Assembly (NCBI RefSeq): GCF_009914755.1
Contig: NC_060945.1
Strand: one strand, 5' to 3'
DNA: 64,000 nucleotides
From: the human T2T-CHM13v2.0 reference genome, Homo sapiens
The notes under the pieces were generated by a model that saw nothing but the letters and a program-made list of their open reading frames with translations, had not been told where the DNA came from and made no database searches. Within the stretch, counting starts at the first letter, position 1; every line of letters begins with the position of its first letter. Of the stretch, positions 56,722-64,000 are shown one piece after another. A program made the translations under genes and the position numbers.

Positions 56722-58520
56722 ACTTGCATTCACTTCCTTCAAACCATCTAATTTTCTCCTGAAGTTTTGGCAGCGTCTTGAAAGCCTAATATGACCATCT
56801 GTTGCTCAACAATACTGTTTTTTTCCTTTAGTAGTTTACCACAAGGGAATTTCCTTTAAGTCAACCATGATTTCTCCTTGATTTCTACAAGAGACAAAGA
56901 AATGATTTTGCCTCCTGGATATCAGAAAAATCCATGTGAAAATGTAGTAAACCTTTAAAACTCATGTTTTAAAGAATAATAACTCTAGTAATAACTCTTC
57001 CTGCTATTCAGAATAAGTAGGAGAATGAAAACTGCAGCATATCAGACAGCAATTTAACAGCTTGAAACATCTACAGATAGTTCCTACTAAAAGAAGTGGC
57101 CTGCAGAAGTTTAATAATTTGACTTTTTTCTAATATTTTAGTTTGAAAGAAAATTTCTTCCCAAGCAATGCTAATAGAGTTCTATTCTTAGAAGCAGGGT
57201 GTCAGCTACTGGGAATATTTTTGTAGAGCTGCATTGTGAAAAAAAGATGGTCTTACCTGAATCTTAGGGCTTTGTTCTTCGGCTCCTAAAATCAGGCTTT
57301 AAGCTACATTGGGAAGATTTAGTAAATAGGCAAGTGGTTGGCCTAAGACGGAGGCTGCTTCTCCTCTTCAGTATGGACTCTAGAAAGTCTGGCTACATGA
57401 ATAGATTTAAGTGTCACTTTCCCTCCCTGCCCCCCGCTTCAGTCTCTACCATATCTGGTCCCATCATGGACTTCCTATTTCCTGGCATTTTTGTCCCTTT
57501 GGAAGAAGAAATAGGACTCAGAATACAGTGGCATGAGTGATTACACTGGCAGCATTATCTCAGGCTCCCTAGAATCTGGAGAGCTTACCAACATGTAAAG
57601 CTGTTCATTTTTCCACCGTGGGTCACCAATGCCAGAAAACCAGACATCACGGGGAAAGAATGTTGCTTACTTTTTACCAGGAGTGCAGTTCATTTTTTTC
57701 ACCCTGTTTTTGAAGTCGTATTATTCACTTGTAAAAATGATTGTAACAGATAAAAAATGTATCTGCAGCAACTCTGCAGGTTTGTGAAATAGGATGAAAC
57801 TCAATCTTTTTCTATTGTGGGTTTGCATTTGAAAAGCAGGTTGAATCCTTGCTCTCTTCTCCAAATTTGGTGTGGTATAAAGACACACAAATCATTTTAA
57901 CTTGGACATTTAAAGATCAGTCTTAGTGTTTGTTCAGTCCTGTTACAAAATAGATAACTGAGCACCTATCGCATAACATTTTGCGGTGGCTTTTAGCCAT
58001 GCTGGGGTTAGATGTGTTTGAGAGTCAAATGAAAGCTATGGATCTTCTCAGCAATTAAAAAAAATGCATATATTCACATTCACAGAAACATTGGCAGAAC
58101 CCAGTTTTAATGGTACAGAGGAGTAGTTTATAGTGTTGATTTCACCAAAATCAGAGGGCTGAAAGAGACACTTCTATAGACTGCATCCTGAGCCTAGTGC
58201 AGGGCTTGTCTAGCTAATGTGGGCAGCCACCACCCACTGTGTATGAACAAGTCTGAAGCAAGTTGGCCTTGCCCTTGAGAGTATATGGGGACCAGTCTTC
58301 ATGTCTTGGAGTAATTTGTCAAATGTTACCCTTTTTGATCAGGGTGTAGGGGGAGGATATTGCTAGTATATTTTCAGTGGTTTGTATGTTCTCTCTGTCA
58401 CTGACTTATTTGTAAGAGAAAATTAGTTGGACTTGTTTATTTTCTAGTAGCTTTTATAAGTACACTCAAGAATTTGTCAGGGAGAATAATTCTGATAGTG
58501 CATCCCATACTGCAAAAGAA

Positions 58521-58561
<41 letters not shown>

Positions 58562-59870
58562 ATACATATATATCTCTCCATATAGGTATTTCTTTGATAC
58601 TTGTAATTTTAAATTTCAGCTTCACGATATAAAATAATATAAGAACTTCTGGTTTACAAAATGTAAAATCTTAAGCCAATGGAACCCTTGATTTCCTACC
58701 TCAGTGTACACTCAACTATTGGTTGTATCAGTTTGTGTATGTGCAAATGTCAAATAATCTTTTGCTTTAATTGCTACTGTACTTGCTTTGAAAGATTACC
58801 TACTATTTTATGATAAAATGTAGTTGTCTCCAGAGCTTAAATATAATTTGTAAAGCACTTGGTTTAAATTTCTCTCTACCTATAAACAGTTTAGCATTAA
58901 GGGTTTCTATTAATGACACAGAATTATTGGCCAAGTGTAATTTCTTAAAATTTAGCATTACTTTAAATAGCCAGCATGTAATACAAGTAACTACACTACC
59001 TCATATCTACATGATTTTCAAGTTGTAATGCAGATGGACAGATAAAAAAGATTTTACGTTTGTCTTTTGGCCATAAGTGGGAAAGTTTTCTGTATATTGC
59101 ATAGCATTACACATTTATGCCTATTTTAACATTAACTTCTAAAGAAGTTTTTTCTAAGAAAATGTTTCAAGGCAATATTTTTTTTGAGGCTGCCGAAGAC
59201 AAATGACAGGATTATGAGTATACAGTGTATGCCTTTTCCTTCATGCAGAATTTTGAAATGTTTTCAGTTTGTATATTGCATATTCACATGATCATTGCTC
59301 ACTATTTTATGAACTGGCCTTCTCAATGTTTGATGATTTTTTAAAAGCTGTTATGTTGAATTCAGTAAAATAACATTACCTTATTTTTTTTCTTATTCAA
59401 ATTCTGGAACTATAGCAAATAATTCGTTAAATTGTCATATTCAAAACAAATGTGGATACAGTCTTGGTTCTCCATCTGTAATTTTTTTTAACAGTTTGCT
59501 ATAGCTTACTGCTTAACTAATTTTAAATAAGGAAATAAGTATGTTAGATGCAGTAGACGATACAGGTTGCATGTGGACACTCAGTCACATTAACAACTTG
59601 GGAAAAAAATGGCAATGTTACGGTGAATTCTCAGGTGAACTTTTTTCAGTTATAAAACATCTATTTTGAATCTGTAAATATTTTAAATGTTTTATTAAGG
59701 CATGTAATAAACTATTCTTTGAAACTTGTTGGGTAGAATGAAAATTAAAGCCATAATGGTAAAAGATGGCATACTGATTATAAAAGAAGCAGAAAAACAT
59801 TGATTTTTTTATATCTTTCATAATATAATTTTCTAACAATGCAATAAAACCACTAAACTTTTGTGTCCAT
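56722..59870 (+). other. BACH1: BACH1 3'UTR (end approximate)
   Basis: AU-rich stretch free of obvious transposons from the stop codon to the poly(A) signals. Confidence 0.8.
58523..58550 (+). repeat. (TG)14 microsatellite inside the 3'UTR
   Basis: Directly visible. Confidence 0.95.
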
Positions 59871-60004
59871 ATTTTACTGAGACCATGTTTCATTAAAAGC
59901 ATAGTTTCATAGTATTTAATTTACATTTCTCCCTAATGTTCTTACCCAAATGTACCTGAACTAAAAAATGTTAGATGTTGGTGATAAGTTGACAGTTAAA
60001 TAAA
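59706..60004 (+). terminator. BACH1: Poly(A) signal cluster: AATAAA 59706-59711, AATAAA 59843-59848, ATTAAA 59892-59897, AATAAA 59999-60004
   Basis: Hexamers with U/GU-rich downstream sequence; which one dominates cannot be read from sequence. Confidence 0.75.
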
Positions 60005-60422
60005 ATTCTCTAAAATTGCTTCTAATTGAATAGAATTGTACATTCCATTTTCATTTTCTCACTTCATGTGGATTTACTCAGTTTAGTCTTTTGATCGGTA
60101 ATTAGTATATCTGAATTTGTAGGAGAGAATCTTTCCTTAGTTGATGATAATCATGCCTCAAAAAAAAAAAATTCCAGCATTCAGGTGTTTTAGGAAGCAC
60201 AGATTTTAGCTTTGCTTCTGATTTTACTTAATGTTAGTTTGGATAGAGAAGTATAGGGACTCTTAAGGGGTATTATCTCTATCAGTCATTAAGTTTTAAA
60301 AACTTATCTGCCGAGTCAGCTCTTTGTATCCTATTCAATTTCCAACCAGGCCCTTCTGACCAAGCTTTGGGCAGCTGCTCAGCGGTATTGGCCATCCAGG
60401 GCAAAGTCTTCTGGTCTAATCA

Positions 60423-60596
60423 TAGTGATTCTCAGCTGGGGATGATTTTGCTTGCCTAGGGGACACTTGGCAGTTCCCAGAGACACAAATCTCGGGGGCA
60501 GGGTATAGGATATGGCTTCTAGGGGCAGAGGCCAGGACAGCCCTCACAACAATTACCCACCCAGGGTATTGATCTGGCTGACATTGAGAAACCCTG
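60423..60596 (+). mobile_element. MER20 remnant
   Basis: tagtgattctcagctggggatgattttgc...ggggacacttggca ... attgagaaaccctg. Confidence 0.7.
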
Positions 60597-62694
60597 ACTA
60601 GACCAACGATGGAATCAAGATGACTTGTAAGAAAGTGCTCAGTTGTGTGAGATAGTGTGGTGGCTGCAAGAGTTCAAAGGAGACAGGGTGAGAAACGTGG
60701 GATTTCACCAAGCTTTGAAAGATTGTAGTCTGAATCGGGAGAAGGATGGTCTCTGGGGAGAGGAGGCCACTTGGCACAAATAAGCCTGGCGTGTTAAAGG
60801 AACAGAAGGAGGTTGTCACAGTGAGAGGGAGAAGGAGGAAGGCCCCCACTTGAGTGTTCACCAGTGGGTGTCCCAGCATCTTGCCCTACCCAGATTGACT
60901 TAAGTTATCGAAGGTCTGAGGTTAGACTGTAAGGGCTTTAAGAGCAACAGAAGTATAGGTAGTAGGTATTGAGGGTTTAGAGGAAGGCCAAAAATAGCAC
61001 CCTTTCCCTGGCCAGAGTTTTGAACCATTTGAGAAATAAAAAGTAGGTGAAGTCCATATCGCTGATGGAACCCAGCTTGGAACCATGGCTTTCTAGCTGT
61101 TTAGCCCAGTGAACCTGCTAAAAGTGCATTCTGGAATTAGGCAGACTTAATCCATCCACCGGTCACCTTGGACGACCCCAAAAGGGGCAGAGCTCTTAGA
61201 GGAGCAGAAAAATGTAAACAGGGAGCAAATTCCACAAGTAAGGGGTGGGCCGAGCCAAGTAGACTTAATGACGCTAAAAATTTACTCATTAGAATCAGGG
61301 ACTACTACATCAGGGCCAGGACAAAGTACAAAGTGGAAGTACAAAGGCCAGAGGGTGTTTCTTGCCCTGGAGATTTAAACTAGGGAAGTCTTAGGGAAGA
61401 GTGTTCCCCTTTCATGCTCCCCAGTTTAAGTTCTCTTGAAACATTGGCCCATTGCTCAACCAGGGCTGTGACTGATGGCCTGGAGGAGGAGAGCATCTGT
61501 TCCAGAGGGCAGACCTCCTCTCACCTTTGAGGCCACTTCCCAACACCAGCCTTTGCAGGTGTGACTGGCTTGGGCTGTCAGTGAACATTTGGTCTCAGAA
61601 GGCTCTGGATCCAGCAGTGTACTAGTAAGTAAATGAATTCAAAGGCTACTCTGTACCAAAGACTGAACATTTTTCTCATCCCTAATTCTCTCCTACCTCA
61701 TCGTCCCGTGTAGCATGTAGCATATCAGATGTTCTGCATTGAGATTAGATCCCAACATAACATTCCCATAAGAAAATGCATGAAAGTCCAGGAATAAAAT
61801 GCTAGCAACATAATGATATCCAAATTTGAATGGAAGTTTAACTTTTATTATTCAACTTTTAGAGAAAAAAATTCAAAGATTAAGTCCCTTTGGATTAAAA
61901 AAAATCTAAAGGCATTAAAGTCTAAAGGAACTAAAGCAAATCAAATTATTTTGTCCACCTGAGTTCGAAGTACAAAACTTTAAGAAAAATAAATCCCAAG
62001 ACTATCCTGCCAGATTTCTCATTCAGATCAGCCTTGGCCAGAGGAGTTTTTGATGCCTAGGTCCAGTTGAGATTCTTTCAAGAGGCTGTAGCTGGAATTG
62101 TCTTTAAGAGAGTGGTTGTTCCTACCGTGCTCCAGAAGGAACTAGGTTTGAGGCTGAGTCTCTGATGTGCTCACTTTAGAGTCAGAAGAGTTAACCACAA
62201 AATTATCATAGCCTTGGCCCCACAACCACCCTTGTTTCGAAACAAGCTAATTCCCAGGTACTAAAGCAGTCATCCCATACAACACTGCTCCCACAGCTCA
62301 GTACCTAGTGCTGCCAGAGACCATAGTAGAACCTCAATAGTATCTGGAAAAAAAAAAAATCTTGGTTTCAGTTCCCCAAAGATGCCCCAGTGTTTTGTAA
62401 CTCACAACTCGTGATCCTAATTTCTATTGGAAGGACGCTCAAAAAGGGCTTAATTTTGGCCGTATACACTGATCATTCCTGGGGGAAAGACCACCATTGC
62501 ATGACACCTTAATTTACATTTCCCCTTCCAACAAGCTGTTTCTGGTACCTGGACTGTTGAGTGAGGGCTCCCTCTAGGGGCTCTGAGCCAACATCCCTGT
62601 ATACAGGCGTTTTCAGGCCTGAGCCAGAATGCATGTTTAGGCCTAAGAAAGTTGCCTCCTAGGGATGGAGGAGGCGTCTTAAATCTATCTTTAC

Positions 62695-62988
62695 GGCCCG
62701 GCAGGGTGGCTCACGCCTGTAATCCCAGCACTTTGGGAGGCTGAGGTGGGCGGATCACGAGGTCAGGAGATTGAGACCATCCTGGCTAACACGATGAAAC
62801 CCCATCTCTACTAAAAATACAAAAAATTAGCCGGGCGTGGTGGCAGGTGCCTGTAGTCCCAGCTACTCAGGAGACTGAGGCAGGAGAATGGCGTGAACCC
62901 AGGAGGCGGAGCTTGCAGTGAGCCGAGATAGCGCCACTGCTACCCAGCCTGGGCGACAGAGTGAGACTCCGTCTCAAAAAAAAAAAAA
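62695..62988 (+). mobile_element. AluY
   Basis: Y diagnostics; perfect 14-bp TSD aaatctatctttac (62681-62694, 62989-63002). Confidence 0.96.
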
Positions 62989-64000
62989 AAATCTATCTTT
63001 ACATAGATTTAAGCAGTCCAGAATCAACTACAGATGAACCACATGGATCCAAGGTCCCTTCATGGTTCCCTCCTTGTGCCTGAATGCAGAATGGAATTTG
63101 GGGTGGCTGATACAGCAAGGGCCACAGTGGCCTGGCGCTACCAGTTAGAAGCTAGAACCTTACAAGCACTCTGTAGTACGTTGGAACCCAGCTGCCTTGA
63201 AAATCGGTGAAAATCAGTACCTATTATTTTTCCCAGCTACACCTAAAAGGCCTGTGAAGTCTGCTTTTCCCCTGGAAACTGCAGCAGTGGCATCTTGAGG
63301 CCACCTGCCCTGCCAAGCACCTGTGGGCGCTGGGCCTTTCCCTGTGAAACTGCTATGTTGCTGTTGATGGAGAGGGGCCCACCGGCGGCTGCTGCCCACA
63401 TTTAATTTATTCCATGTTGCACCCACTTTCTAGGGCCTCTTGCAGTCCGTGAGAGGTGTGGAGGGAATTTCTGCCAGTTGGGTTTAAGATCATGGGTAGT
63501 ACATTCCAGAAAGTGGGTGTTGACTGACAGGCATCAGGGGGAAGCTAATGTAAGGATTTTCCCCATTGACTTTCCTTGCCTCAGTTACCACTGAGTACCT
63601 TCCACAGCCTTTGGGTGCACCAGGTACCGTGTTCTAAGAATATAATTTTTCTTGGACAGCTGCTGTCTTGGCTGGGGATTGGCTTGATTTCAAAACAGGT
63701 GGTGCAAATGCTGTGATAATCTTGTGAGTGTCTCATTATTAATGCTGAGCCACTTAGACTCTTGGCATTGAGCCAGTTAAACTCCTGAGTCCCTGAAGGA
63801 ATTGCACTATGAGAGGCGCTCCATATCTCTTCTGAAGTCCTTGCGCCTTTCACTTAAGATGCCCCTCCCCACCAGCCTCTCCAAAGGCCTAAGGAGACCA
63901 GTTAGGGCTCCACAGAAAGTCATTCTCTGAGGAAAAACACCACAAGCCACAACGATCCTCTAGATTCAATATGCTCACAGCCTGCTTTAAAACCTCTTAC

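Overview
Primate (human-like) genomic DNA containing the whole protein-coding body of BACH1 (BTB and CNC homology 1, heme-regulated CNC-bZIP repressor) on the + strand. It has a CpG-island promoter (~11.9-13.6 kb), two alternative non-coding first exons, four coding exons (35184-35417, 39949-41283, 43377-43583, 56287-56721; 2211 nt = 736 aa + stop) and a ~3.1-kb 3'UTR. The rest is intron and flank filled with Alu, L1, L2, MIR, LTR and DNA-transposon remnants; repeat subfamily names are by eye and need RepeatMasker. No prokaryotic-type system, CRISPR array, rRNA or tRNA is visible, and I found no wholly new gene system. The best leads are: (1) an Alu orientation flip around the phase-0 exons 3-4, predicting circRNAs with a stop-free frame (exons 3-4) or a zipper-less product (exons 2-4); (2) uORFs overlapping the start codon, plus one created by a splice junction; (3) a MARE + TATA + splice-donor module in intron 1; (4) a Tigger>L1PA>Alu nest in which an apparently older, doubly deleted Alu with no target-site duplication (TSD) sits inside a younger L1.
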